From an uncultured bacterium (GTDB lineage: Bacteria > Nitrospirota > Nitrospiria > Nitrospirales > Nitrospiraceae): 64,000 nt of DNA. The position numbers and the translations under genes were made by a program. Numbering within the stretch: the stretch's first letter is position 1; each line of letters begins with the position of its first letter. Below the pieces are notes generated by a model, which saw only the letters and a program-made list of their open reading frames with translations, searched no databases and was not told where the DNA came from. Shown here one piece after another: positions 20,339 through 30,288 of the stretch. The stretch covers positions 223,032 to 287,031 of the forward strand of contig CBDDRB010000021.1 in the NCBI GenBank assembly GCA_965232965.1. Reading direction: 5' to 3'.

Positions 20339-20587
20339 GCGGTGTGGTGAAGCGATGACCTATTGACCGGACCCTAGTGTTGTCCAGGGGGTTCGGCCAC
20401 AGTCGGTGTATTCATCACAGGCTGGGGTGTGTCTTTCACACGTCGAGAATGCGTCTTACGATGCTTCGGTCTTCTTTTGACAAGACGGCCATTGCTCTCC
20501 TGTGAGAAATCTCATACCCTACGGCATTTTTACGTGGACTATGAGTATGTGTGCGCGTCCGTCAAATTCGGTTGAAGGAGGGTTCCC

Positions 20588-21850
20588 ATGGCAACTCATC
20601 ATCGGGCGAGTACAGGTCTGACTCGTCTTATTCTAGCCGTCGCGGCGAGCGCGTTGATTGGAGCTGGAGTGGGAGTGGATCCTCTGGCCTCGGCCTATGA
20701 AGTGTGGCTGACGGATCAATCTGATACAGGGAAAGAAAGCGGCGGCTTTCTCTATGTCTATGATGGAGAGGCGCTTGCTGCGAATCCTTCGGCGTCGAAA
20801 CCGACTGTCACCATGGATCTCTCCGGCGAGATCAACGCGTTTTGCGAAGCGGCGACCAAAAAGCCGGTCCGGCGGCCGCATATGTTGTTCTTCAACAAGA
20901 ACCAGGATTATGCGATTGTCTCCTTCTTAAGCGGTCATGTGCTCTTTATGGATGCGAAGACGCGTAAGCCAGTGGCGTGCTTGTCGATGGGGAAGAATGT
21001 CCATGCAGCTTGGCCGACGCCCGATCAAAAGATGGCGATTGCGGCAAATATCGCCGAGAAGAAGTTCATCCGCATCTGGACGGACTATGCGGCACATACA
21101 TTCACCTTTGATCCCGAGAAGGACGTGGTCAATCTCGCCGCATGGGAGGGTGGGGAGCGTCCCGATACGTCGCCGATTTGCCCGATCACGGGGTCATCCA
21201 GTCGCTATGCTTTTGTCACCCTGCGCGGCGGAGGGCTGTTGGTGTTCGATGTTACCACGACGCCAATGCAAGTCGTGGCCACGCTCGATAACAATCAGAT
21301 TCATCCTGCCGGTTGTGGTGGAATTGAGGTCGATGGGACGATGTATATCAATTCCGGTGGAGGATGGCCGGTGGCGCCTCTTTCCTATGATGTGTATGCC
21401 CTCGATGTGACTAATCTCCCGAAATCAGTCTCAGCCAAATTGATATCTCAACGGGATGAAAAGTTTGCCGATTCCCATGGGATGATTGGTGTTGGACGTT
21501 ATCTCTGGAGTGGGGACCGGGCCGGGAACAACGTTGAAATCATCGATACGCTCTCGAATCTGAGCGTGGGCGCGGTTGACCTCGAGACGGATGCAAATAA
21601 GGATCCCGCTCCCGATCTCATGGACATCGCACCAGACCGTCAATATGTCTTCGTCGGAGTGCGGGGTCCTAATCCTCTCACTGGGAACGATAAGACGATT
21701 AACAATGCCAAAGGGACGATCCCCGGTGTCGGCGTCATTCATGTGGATGGTGGAGGGAAGGTCGGTCACTATAAGGGGCAGGCGGCCATCACGAATATGA
21801 AAGATGGAAAAGAAACTGCGGATACCCATGGGATCGCCGTCCGCAAATAG
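20588..21850 (+). CDS. Secreted beta-propeller-like protein, function unknown
   Basis: N-terminal signal-like segment 'LTRLILAVAASALIGAGVG'. RBS 'gaaggaggg'. Repeated strand-turn blocks suggest propeller blades ('YAIVSFLSGHVLFMD', 'YAFVTLRGGGLLVFD', 'YLWSGDRAGNNVEIID', 'YVFVGVRGPNP'). Confidence 0.55.
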   Translation: MATHHRASTGLTRLILAVAASALIGAGVGVDPLASAYEVWLTDQSDTGKESGGFLYVYDGEALAANPSASKPTVTMDLSGEINAFCEAATKKPVRRPHMLFFNKNQDYAIVSFLSGHVLFMDAKTRKPVACLSMGKNVHAAWPTPDQKMAIAANIAEKKFIRIWTDYAAHTFTFDPEKDVVNLAAWEGGERPDTSPICPITGSSSRYAFVTLRGGGLLVFDVTTTPMQVVATLDNNQIHPAGCGGIEVDGTMYINSGGGWPVAPLSYDVYALDVTNLPKSVSAKLISQRDEKFADSHGMIGVGRYLWSGDRAGNNVEIIDTLSNLSVGAVDLETDANKDPAPDLMDIAPDRQYVFVGVRGPNPLTGNDKTINNAKGTIPGVGVIHVDGGGKVGHYKGQAAITNMKDGKETADTHGIAVRK

Positions 21851-21880
21851 CATCGCAAGGGAAATCTATCGCGTGATCGC

Positions 21881-22720
21881 ATGCCCTTGATGACATACAA
21901 TAATGTGTCGGTTCCTTCGTTCATGTATGGCACGGCTTGGAAGAAGGAAACGACGACTCGATTGGTGCAGCAAGCCGTGGAGGCCGGCTTCACGGCCATC
22001 GATACGGCCAATCAGCTGATTCATTACCAGGAAGCCTTGGTAGGGGAAGCCTTGCTGGCCCTCTCGAAGCAAGGGATCGCACGAGATCGCCTTTTTCTAC
22101 AAACCAAGTTTACACCGACGAATGGCCAGGACCATCGTACCCCATATGATGCCTCGGCGAATCTCACGACGCAGGTGACACAGTCATTCGACAGCTCGTT
22201 GGCGCACTTGCACACCGACTATCTTGATTCGTATGTCTTGCACGGGCCATATCAGCGGCAGGGCTTGGGAGCGGCGGACTGGGAGGTATGGACCGCCATC
22301 GAGGGGCTCTATCAATCAGGAAAAACGAAGATGATCGGCATCAGCAATGTCACGGCCGAGCAACTCTCCCAACTCTGTGCCCGGGCGGCGACGAAACCCA
22401 TGATGGTGCAAAACCGCTGTTATGCAGTATTTGGATGGGACAAAGAGGTGCGGGAGATCTGCCGGGCCCATCGCATCGTTTATCAAGGCTTTTCGTTGTT
22501 GACTGCCAATCGAGAAATCTTTGCCGACCCAGGCATTCGGGCCATCGCTCAACGGTTGGGGACCGGTCTTGCACAAGTCGTATTCCGGTTTGCCATGCAG
22601 GTTGGGATGCTTCCATTAACCGGCACCACGAACCCACAGCATATGAAGGACGATCTTCAATCTGAACAGCTCACCCTTACCAGTGACGACGTGCGGTTGA
22701 TTGAAACGATCGGGGGGTAA
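21881..22720 (+). CDS. Aldo/keto reductase family oxidoreductase
   Basis: 'GTAWKKE...AVEAGFTAIDTANQL', 'LDSYVLHGP' and 'IGISNV' resemble AKR blocks. Confidence 0.85.
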   Translation: MPLMTYNNVSVPSFMYGTAWKKETTTRLVQQAVEAGFTAIDTANQLIHYQEALVGEALLALSKQGIARDRLFLQTKFTPTNGQDHRTPYDASANLTTQVTQSFDSSLAHLHTDYLDSYVLHGPYQRQGLGAADWEVWTAIEGLYQSGKTKMIGISNVTAEQLSQLCARAATKPMMVQNRCYAVFGWDKEVREICRAHRIVYQGFSLLTANREIFADPGIRAIAQRLGTGLAQVVFRFAMQVGMLPLTGTTNPQHMKDDLQSEQLTLTSDDVRLIETIGG

Positions 22721-22826
22721 TCACGACGTCCGAACGATTTCGGCGCGTATTCTCGCCCGGGGCTGTGCAGGCCGAAAATCAGCCAAAGTCGTTGTTCTCC
22801 TGCCATTCGATGCGCAACACTCGATC

Positions 22827-22842
22827 GAGGTTCCGGAACCTC
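22827..22842. terminator. Perfect 16-nt palindrome between convergent genes (candidate shared terminator or operator)
   Basis: 'gaggttccggaacctc' is self-complementary. It lies in the 164-nt gap between the AKR stop (22720) and the glycoside hydrolase stop (22885). Confidence 0.35.
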
Positions 22843-22884
22843 CGATCTTCACGCTTCACCCCTTACTCCTCACCCCTCACGTTC

Positions 22885-25590
22885 TTACTCCCCCGACTGT
22901 TGAATCAGCTTCGCGACCAATCCCGTCCATCCAGTTTGGTGACTTGCGCCGATGCCGCTCCCATTATCTCCATGGAAGTATTCGTGAAAGGGAATCGCGT
23001 CTCGCCAGAGGGGATCTTCTTGAAACTTGGCGGTGGTTCCAAAGGCCGGCCGTCGACCGGTTTGGTCGCGGAGGAAGATGTGGGTAAGGCGTCGTGACAA
23101 TTCAGCGGCGACTTCATTCAGAGGGACGAACCGCCCGGATCTGGTCGGGTACTCGACTTTGTACTCGTCCCCAAGAAAGAAATGGAATTTCTGAAGCGAT
23201 TCGATCAGCAGATAGTTGACGGGAAACCAAATCGGGCCACGCCAGTTTGAATTGCCGCCGAAGAGCTCCGTCCTCGATTCGGCCGGCTCATAGTCCACTC
23301 GATAGTCCACACCGATGGCCGACCAGACGTACGGGTGGTCCTTGTGGTAGCGCGAAAGAGCACGGATGCCATGCGGAGAGAGAAATTCCTCTTCATCCAG
23401 CATATAGCGGAGGACGGATCTTAGTCGGTCGCGATTCACCAGCGACAGGAAGCGCCGGAATCCGCCGTCCTGTGATTGGGTGTCCACATGCGCACTGAAG
23501 TCGGGTCGATTTTCAATGAACCACTGCATGCGGTGTTTAAACCGTGGAAGGCTGTCGATCAGCTCGGAGTCTAAGGTCTCGACCGCAAACAGCGGGATCA
23601 ACCCGACCAGCGACCGGACCTTTAATGGAAGCTTCTGACCGTTCGGAAGATGCAGAACGTCGTAGAAAAATCCATCCTCACTGTTCCAGAGCTCGATTTT
23701 CTCACCGCCGATATTGTTCATGGCACGACAGATATAGACGAAGTGCTCGAAGAATTTGCTGGCCACGTCTTCATATGCCCTATTCTCCCGTGCCAGTTCC
23801 AATGCAATTGAGAGCATGTTGAGGCAATACATACCCATCCAACTCGTGGCATCGGATTGTTCGATATGGCCGCCAGTCGGCAAAGGTGCACTGCGGTCGA
23901 ACACTCCGATGTTGTCGAGGCCGAGAAATCCCCCCTGAAAGATGTTCTTCCCCTCGGTATCTTTGCAGTTCACCCACCAGGTGAAATTCAGGAGCAGTTT
24001 GTGAAATACACGCTCCAAGAATACGCGATCGCCCGCACCCTTCCGCTTCTTCTCGATCTTGTAGACCCGCCAGGCCGCCCAGGCGTGGACCGGAGGGTTG
24101 ACGTCGCCCAACGCCCATTCGTAGGCCGGCATCTGGCCGTTGGGGTGCATGTACCATTCGCGCAGCATGAGGATCAGTTGTTCCTTGGCAAAGGTTGCAT
24201 CGACTAAGGCCAGCGGGATGCAGTGAAATGCCAAGTCCCAGGCCGCATACCAGGGGTATTCCCACTTATCTGGCATGGAGATGACGTCTGCGTTGTAGAG
24301 ATGAGTCCAATCCGAGTTGCGTCCTCGGAGCCGTTCTCTTGGCGGTTCGGATCCAGTCGGATCGCCTTTCAGCCATCGATTGACGTCGTAGTGATAGAAC
24401 TGCTTGCTCCAGAGGAGGCCGGCAAACGCCTGTCGCTGGACGAGCCGTGCGTCCTCAGAAATATCGGACGGCGCGAGAGTGTTGTAGAACTCGTCGGCTT
24501 CTTGAATCCGTTGCAGGAATACAGCGTGGAATGCCTCGTGCGTAAGATCATTGTCGCTCTCGTCGTTCGTCAAGCGAAGATGGATGGTGTCTGATTCGCC
24601 CGAAGCCAATGAGAGGGTGTAGTGAGCGGCGGCTTTCGATCCGATCTTGTCAGGGTGCACCGCATCTTTGTCACCGTGTATCACATAATCATGGAAACTG
24701 TCTTTTACGTACCGAGTCCCATCCATATCGTTGTAGAGCCGCCTGCTGTTCGTCTCGTTTTCGGTAAAGAGTAGCATCGGTTGGCGGTCGCACCAGAGGC
24801 GGCGTTGCCCATAGTATTCATGGTCCAACTCGATCACGCTCATTCCTTTGGCAGGTTTCCCTTCTCGCATCCGCGGTCGGCGCGCGTCGAGGCCCCAGGA
24901 CCATGTGTTCCGAAACCAGAGGGTCGGCAGGAGCGTCAGCTTAGCAGGGTCGGGCCCATGGTTGACGACGCGGATGCGGATCAATAGATCCTCGGGGGAT
25001 GCCTTGGCATATTCCACGACGACGTCGAAGTAGCGATTTTCGTCGAAGACCCCGGTATCGACCAGTTCATATTCCACTTGCCTCCGGCTTCGTCGCCGAT
25101 TCTCATCGACAAGCTTTGCATAGGGAAACTCAGCCTGGGGGTACTTGTAGAGATATTTCATGTAGGAATGGGTCGGAGTTGCATCGAGGTAGAAGTAGTA
25201 ATCCTTGACATCTTCGCCATGGTTCCCTTCATGGCCCGTGAGGCCGAAGACACGTTCTTTGAGAATGGGATCTCTGCCGTTCCAGAGGGCGATGGCGAAA
25301 CAGATATATTGATGACGGTCGGAAATGCCGGCCAGCCCGTCTTCGTTCCAACGATAGGCGCGGGAGCGGGCCTGGTCGTGAGAAAATGATTCCCAGGCGG
25401 TTCCGTGCGGACTATAGTCTTCCCGGACCGTTCCCCAAGCCCGTTCGCTGAGATAAGGCCCCCAGCGTTTCCAATGTTCCTGTCGGCGGGCGTCTTCATC
25501 GAGACGCTGCTGCTCCTTGGTGAGCGTTGCCGAACTGGTGGGTGTTGATGGTTTGGCCCGGCGCGATGAAGATGGCATGCGGCTTCTCAC
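22885..25590 (-). CDS. Large GH63-like / MGH1-like glycoside hydrolase (glucosidase family)
   Basis: 901 aa. The N-terminal block '[30 protein letters not shown]...[13 protein letters not shown]' and the (alpha/alpha)6-type C-terminal region are typical of this conserved ~900-aa bacterial glucosidase family. Confidence 0.8.
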   Translation of the reverse strand: MRSRMPSSSRRAKPSTPTSSATLTKEQQRLDEDARRQEHWKRWGPYLSERAWGTVREDYSPHGTAWESFSHDQARSRAYRWNEDGLAGISDRHQYICFAIALWNGRDPILKERVFGLTGHEGNHGEDVKDYYFYLDATPTHSYMKYLYKYPQAEFPYAKLVDENRRRSRRQVEYELVDTGVFDENRYFDVVVEYAKASPEDLLIRIRVVNHGPDPAKLTLLPTLWFRNTWSWGLDARRPRMREGKPAKGMSVIELDHEYYGQRRLWCDRQPMLLFTENETNSRRLYNDMDGTRYVKDSFHDYVIHGDKDAVHPDKIGSKAAAHYTLSLASGESDTIHLRLTNDESDNDLTHEAFHAVFLQRIQEADEFYNTLAPSDISEDARLVQRQAFAGLLWSKQFYHYDVNRWLKGDPTGSEPPRERLRGRNSDWTHLYNADVISMPDKWEYPWYAAWDLAFHCIPLALVDATFAKEQLILMLREWYMHPNGQMPAYEWALGDVNPPVHAWAAWRVYKIEKKRKGAGDRVFLERVFHKLLLNFTWWVNCKDTEGKNIFQGGFLGLDNIGVFDRSAPLPTGGHIEQSDATSWMGMYCLNMLSIALELARENRAYEDVASKFFEHFVYICRAMNNIGGEKIELWNSEDGFFYDVLHLPNGQKLPLKVRSLVGLIPLFAVETLDSELIDSLPRFKHRMQWFIENRPDFSAHVDTQSQDGGFRRFLSLVNRDRLRSVLRYMLDEEEFLSPHGIRALSRYHKDHPYVWSAIGVDYRVDYEPAESRTELFGGNSNWRGPIWFPVNYLLIESLQKFHFFLGDEYKVEYPTRSGRFVPLNEVAAELSRRLTHIFLRDQTGRRPAFGTTAKFQEDPLWRDAIPFHEYFHGDNGSGIGASHQTGWTGLVAKLIQQSGE

Positions 25591-25823
25591 GGATCAACGT
25601 AAGGGATCTGCTCTAGGTGATACGATTTTTCTTAACCCTAGCAGGAGATGACTCAGTCTGCCAGAGGCGTTCTTGTTTCGCTACAAGGAACTGAGAGAAA
25701 TCAGGTGACACGTACATCTGACGATCGGCTCTTCGTTGAACGCATTCACCTGTGACGGCGTACCGACCGCTGGATTGCAAGACCGCCCGTCACAGACGCG
25801 CATTCGCGCTTGCCGAAGATCCT

Positions 25824-27569
25824 TCATGAATCAGGCTCCTCGGAGGAGGGCTCGATGAGCCGAAGGCTGTAGAGGTATTGGTACAGCCCCTTGCGGTCCA
25901 TCAGTTCGGCATGGGTACCGGCTTCCATGAGACGTCCTTTGTTGAGTACGAGGATTCGATCAGCTCGTTGAATCGTCGTCAAGCGATGGGCGATCACAAA
26001 AGTGGTCCGGCCTTTCATGAGTGTTTCCAATGCTTCCTGAACGAGTCGTTCCGATTCGCTATCAAGGGCAGAGGTGGCTTCGTCCAACAATAAGATACGC
26101 GGGCTTTTCAAGATGGCCCTGGCGATGGCAATACGCTGGCGCTGCCCGCCCGACATGGTGATGCCTTTTTCTCCCACCGTGGTTTGATACTGATCCGGGA
26201 AGTTCATGATGAAGTCGTGAGCATGGGCTGCACGGCTCGCCGCCATCACCTCTTCTTGGGTCGCCTTCTCGTTTCCATAACGGATATTGTCGAGAATTGT
26301 TCCACCGAACAAGATCGTCTCTTGCGGAACCAGCCCGATCTGCCGATACCAACTGTCCATGGTTACGTGGCGTAGATCGTGCCCGTCGATCATGATGCAT
26401 CCCTCGGTCGGGTCGTAAAAGCGGTGGAGTAAGTTCATCACGGTCGTTTTTCCGGCCCCGGTAGGACCGACGATGGCGATTAATTCGCCTGGCAAGGCTT
26501 CGAACGACATATCCATTAATACCGGTTGGCGCGGATCGTAGGCAAAGCTGAGGTGTTGTACCTGGATGTGTCCAGAGACGGGGGGCAACGGCGTGGCCGT
26601 CGAGGAATCGCTCACCTCGGAGTGTGTGTCTAAAATTTCGAACACCCGTTGAGTGGCACCCTGCGCTTCCCTGAACTGCGCGAACACACGAGCAGCGGAG
26701 CTGAAGGGGCCGACGAGAATTCCGGCAAAGAGGACGAACGCGAAGAGATCGCCGGGCGATACGCTCCCGTCGATGACCTGGCGTCCCCCATACCACAACA
26801 CGGCCGCTGCGACAGAGAAGGTGAGGAAGGTGATGACGGGAGTAAAGACCGCCATGACGCCGGCCCGTTGCATGGTCACTGACAAGGTCTGTTCGACTTG
26901 CGCGGCGAATCTGTGCTCTTCGCGCTGTGTCTGGACGAAGGACTTGACGATTCGGATACCGGAAATCACCTCCTCGATCAAGGTACTCATGACGGCAGTG
27001 TGATCTTGAATTGACGTCGAGAGGGATTTCAACTTTCGTCCGAAGATCTTGGCCACGAGGACGAGCAAGGGGAGCAGCACCAGGGTCAGGAGGCAGAGCT
27101 GCCAGTTCATCGCCAATAAGAAGCCGATTCCTCCAACCAGGGTGACGAGCTGTTTGGCGCTGTCGATCGGCGTTTCGGTGACGACCGACTGAATGACGGT
27201 CACATCATTCATGAGCCGTGAGAGGAGCTCGCCCGTTCGTCGGCGGGCAAAGAAGCTCACCGATAACGTATGCAGATGCCCAAAGAGATGCCGACGAAAG
27301 TCGGCGATGATGCGCTGCGAAATCCAGGCGGTCAGATAGCTATGGCCCATCGAACAGAGCCCTTGCAGGACAACGAGTCCGAGAAACATGATGATCATGT
27401 CCGTCATCCTGGACTGGTCGTGCTGCACGGTAATGATGTCCCACAGGTTACCGGCCAGTCTCAACAGGGTCAGATTGATGGCGGCGACACCCATAACCAG
27501 CAGACCCGCCAACATCATGCGGGTCAGATAAGGCTTCAGGAACGGAAGAAATCGAGAGAAGGTGGACAT
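25824..27569 (-). CDS. ABC exporter, fused permease/ATPase (MsbA-like, type I exporter)
   Basis: Six-TM domain followed by Walker A 'GPTGAGKTT', ABC signature 'MSGGQRQRIAIARA' and Walker B 'ILLLDEATSALD'. Confidence 0.9.
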   Translation of the reverse strand: MSTFSRFLPFLKPYLTRMMLAGLLVMGVAAINLTLLRLAGNLWDIITVQHDQSRMTDMIIMFLGLVVLQGLCSMGHSYLTAWISQRIIADFRRHLFGHLHTLSVSFFARRRTGELLSRLMNDVTVIQSVVTETPIDSAKQLVTLVGGIGFLLAMNWQLCLLTLVLLPLLVLVAKIFGRKLKSLSTSIQDHTAVMSTLIEEVISGIRIVKSFVQTQREEHRFAAQVEQTLSVTMQRAGVMAVFTPVITFLTFSVAAAVLWYGGRQVIDGSVSPGDLFAFVLFAGILVGPFSSAARVFAQFREAQGATQRVFEILDTHSEVSDSSTATPLPPVSGHIQVQHLSFAYDPRQPVLMDMSFEALPGELIAIVGPTGAGKTTVMNLLHRFYDPTEGCIMIDGHDLRHVTMDSWYRQIGLVPQETILFGGTILDNIRYGNEKATQEEVMAASRAAHAHDFIMNFPDQYQTTVGEKGITMSGGQRQRIAIARAILKSPRILLLDEATSALDSESERLVQEALETLMKGRTTFVIAHRLTTIQRADRILVLNKGRLMEAGTHAELMDRKGLYQYLYSLRLIEPSSEEPDS

Positions 27570-27653
27570 GGTGACGAGCGATCTTAGAGGAGGTGGTTAT
27601 GGAAAACCAAGTGAGAAAGGCGGAGGGAGGTCGAGTTGCAGGAGATACGGCAG

Positions 27654-27872
27654 CTACAGCTGTGCGATGGACTCAATGAGATTTTTGTTAATGGCGACAA
27701 AATCCGAGCGATCGTTCTCACCGATCACCACGTCGGTGAGGCTGATAAAGAGACGTTGCTCTTCGTTGATCGCATCCGACACACGATTCCGCATAGGAGG
27801 AATGAGGAAGTCGCCGACGTAGACGCAGTTCACAGTCCGGACGCGGATGCGAACCTTTTTGCCTTCGGGCAC
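27654..27872 (-). CDS. Small conserved-looking hypothetical protein (72 aa)
   Basis: ORF sits between the mini-ORF at 27903-27998 and the ABC exporter on the same strand. RBS-like 'ggaggag' upstream. No family recognised. Confidence 0.45.
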   Translation of the reverse strand: MPEGKKVRIRVRTVNCVYVGDFLIPPMRNRVSDAINEEQRLFISLTDVVIGENDRSDFVAINKNLIESIAQL

Positions 27873-27902
27873 GGACCCCTCCTCCCCCTTCTCGGGTGAA
27901 GC

Positions 27903-27998
27903 TTAGCTTTTACGACGTTCAAACTTTTGACGCCGGCGCAGCTTTTTGTACTTGTGCTTGCGCATTTTTTTACGGCGTTTTTTTAGCACACTGGACAT
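27903..27998 (-). CDS. 31-aa highly basic protein resembling ribosomal protein bS22 / AURKAIP1-COX24 domain mini-proteins
   Basis: 'MSSVLKKRRKKMRKHKYKKLRRRQKFERRKS' closely resembles my recalled approximate actinobacterial bS22 pattern, 'MGSVIKKRRKRM.KKKHRKLL..TR.QRR'. ATG at 27998 is preceded by 'aggagagag'. The 104-aa ORF-track call is an upstream over-extension. Confidence 0.65.
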   Translation of the reverse strand: MSSVLKKRRKKMRKHKYKKLRRRQKFERRKS

Positions 27999-28095
27999 GC
28001 GATCTCTCTCCTGAAGGGGCGAAGTGTAGAAGTTTTCACGGCAAATTGCAAGCTCATCGGAATCGCGATGCGGCGAAAGCCGGGCCTTCGGCCGC

Positions 28096-28124
28096 TTGAC
28101 CTGCCTGATACTCGTTCCTATATA
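28096..28124 (+). promoter_or_regulatory. Sigma70-like promoter (TTGACC - 17 nt - TATATA) placed to give a near-leaderless transcript for the ATG at 28132
   Basis: The -35 'ttgacc' is at 28096-28101, the 17-nt spacer at 28102-28118 and the -10 'tatata' at 28119-28124. No Shine-Dalgarno sequence lies before the ATG at 28132. Confidence 0.4.
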
Positions 28125-28131
28125 CTGCGCC

Positions 28132-28641
28132 ATGATGTTCCCGTACAAATTTTCACTGATCCCCGTCTTGCTTCTGCTCGGCACAATATCCTTCATCAGC
28201 ATCGGCTGCGGTGGCAAGAAAGTTCTGTATCCCGAAGATCACGAACGGTACCTCCGTATCGATCAGACCGTGGAATCGCTTCGTCAGGCGTATGTCAAGA
28301 AAGATTCGTCGGATCTGGCATCGCTCATGATGCCGATCGAACAGCTTGAGCGATTGCAGGAAGAGGCCCGGGGCGATTTCGAGACGTTTAGTACTATCGC
28401 GTTAGAGTTCGCAGTTGAGCGCATTATGATCGAAGGGGACGACATCGACGTGTTCATCCATTGGCAGGGGCTGTGGAAAAAGAATGCGGACGATCCAGGT
28501 CTCCGTCAGCGAGGCCATATGCGATTACAATGGGTCGGAACAAAGTCGATTCTATTACGCGGAGTTCAGGGCGATGTTCCCTTCGGTATGAAAGCTCGGC
28601 AGACTACGATCGATCCCATACCTTCTCCCAAGAAGAAATAA
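28132..28641 (+). CDS. Predicted lipoprotein, function unknown
   Basis: 'MMFPYKFSLIPVLLLLGTISFISIGCGG' has a lipobox-like 'SIGC'. The stop lies 3 nt before the nadB start. Confidence 0.6.
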   Translation: MMFPYKFSLIPVLLLLGTISFISIGCGGKKVLYPEDHERYLRIDQTVESLRQAYVKKDSSDLASLMMPIEQLERLQEEARGDFETFSTIALEFAVERIMIEGDDIDVFIHWQGLWKKNADDPGLRQRGHMRLQWVGTKSILLRGVQGDVPFGMKARQTTIDPIPSPKKK

Positions 28642-28644
28642 TCC

Positions 28645-30288
28645 ATGCGTTCTCGCCGATCCCAAGCCCCGGTGCAGGCCGACTTCTTGGTCATTGGGAG
28701 TGGTGTAGCCGGGCTTCGCGCTGCCCTGGAATTGAGCCGTGCCGGCCGTGTCATGGTGCTGACGAAAGGGCATCCGCTTCAGAGCAGTTCGATTCATGCA
28801 CAGGGCGGGGTGGCCGTGGCGATGAGTGAAGAAGACGATGTCGCGATCCATTTGACCGACACGCTCAAAGCGGGGCATGGGCTCTGCCGGAAAGAAGCTG
28901 TGCGGGTCCTCGTGGAAGAAGGTCCGGATCGAATTCAAGAGTTGATCGAATGGGGGGCCAAGTTCGACAAGGTCGGCGGCAAGTTCGCGTTCGCTCGAGA
29001 GGCTGCTCACAGCCGAAGCCGCATTCTGCGGGCGCGGGGGGATGCGACGGGGAACGAGATGGTGCGAGTGTTGATCGGAGAAGTGAATCGTCAGGAGCGC
29101 ATCCAACGATTGGATCATCACTTTACGGCGGATCTCGTCGTGGACGCAGGACGGTGTTGCGGGGCCGTTGTGTTGGATGAAGCATCTGGTCGCCATTTCA
29201 TGCTGCCGACTCGCGCCATTGTGTTGACCACCGGCGGGGGAGGGCAGATCTATGCCAGGACGACCAATCCCTCGAATGCCACCGGCGATGGGATGGCCAT
29301 GGCGTTGCGCGCGGGCGCGGTGCTTCAAGATATGGAGTTTGTCCAATTCCATCCCACGGCGCTGTATTTGCCGTCGAGCCCGCCGTTCTTGCTGTCGGAA
29401 GCCATGCGCGGTGAGGGTGCGCAACTGCGCAACAATAAGGGGGCCCTCTTCATGCAGCAATACCACCCCATGGGCGCTTTAGCGCCGAGAGACATCGTGT
29501 CGCGCGCGATCTTGGCCGAAATGGCGGCGACGAAGGCGCGGCATGTCTATCTTGATGTCACCCACTTGGGGGCAGAATTCGTCAAGCGACGTTTTCCGAC
29601 GATCTACGCGACCTGCCTCCGTTATGACATCGATATCACAGAAGAGTGGATCCCCGTATCTCCAAGCGCACATTATATGATGGGCGGGGTCTGGACTGAT
29701 CTGGATGGTGCGACGACTGTGCCAGGCCTCTTTGCCGCTGGGGAGGTGGCTTGTAGTGGTGTCCACGGAGCGAATCGACTGGCGAGCAATTCCTTGCTCG
29801 AAGGATTGGTATTTGGTGCGCGCGCGGCAGCGGCAGCCGTGGCATTTGCCGGCCGACACGAACCTCCTGCGCTGCCGTCTCATGAGACCATACCTCGAGC
29901 GGGCCAATTTGGCGCACTGGAAGATGTAGAAAAATTGCGGAGCTCACTCAGGCGGACAATGTGGGGACAGGTTGGTGTGATTCGCTCGGGCGAGTCGCTC
30001 ATTCGAGCTTGCGCGCAACTGTCACGATGGGCCCAACTTGTAACCCAGCCTTTTGCAAGTCGAGCAGCGTTGGAAGTGAAAAACATGGTGCAGGTGGCGC
30101 AGTGCATTGCGGAGGCGGCACTGTGGCGAGAGAACAGTGTCGGGGCCCATTACCGGTCAGATTTTCCAGAGGCCAAGCGGGCCGGGTGGCAACAACACAG
30201 TCGCCTATCGAGCGGGGAAGTCCTTAACGGGAAGACAATTCAGAAGTCAAAGGGATTGCTGCTGTCTCTGCGGGGACGTATCGGCTGA
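28645..30288 (+). CDS. nadB: L-aspartate oxidase
   Basis: FAD fold 'DFLVIGSGVAGLRAAL', then 'SSIHAQGGVAV', 'DTLKAGHGLC', 'FHPTAL' and 'GANRLASNSLLEGLVFG'. Confidence 0.92.
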   Translation: MRSRRSQAPVQADFLVIGSGVAGLRAALELSRAGRVMVLTKGHPLQSSSIHAQGGVAVAMSEEDDVAIHLTDTLKAGHGLCRKEAVRVLVEEGPDRIQELIEWGAKFDKVGGKFAFAREAAHSRSRILRARGDATGNEMVRVLIGEVNRQERIQRLDHHFTADLVVDAGRCCGAVVLDEASGRHFMLPTRAIVLTTGGGGQIYARTTNPSNATGDGMAMALRAGAVLQDMEFVQFHPTALYLPSSPPFLLSEAMRGEGAQLRNNKGALFMQQYHPMGALAPRDIVSRAILAEMAATKARHVYLDVTHLGAEFVKRRFPTIYATCLRYDIDITEEWIPVSPSAHYMMGGVWTDLDGATTVPGLFAAGEVACSGVHGANRLASNSLLEGLVFGARAAAAAVAFAGRHEPPALPSHETIPRAGQFGALEDVEKLRSSLRRTMWGQVGVIRSGESLIRACAQLSRWAQLVTQPFASRAALEVKNMVQVAQCIAEAALWRENSVGAHYRSDFPEAKRAGWQQHSRLSSGEVLNGKTIQKSKGLLLSLRGRIG

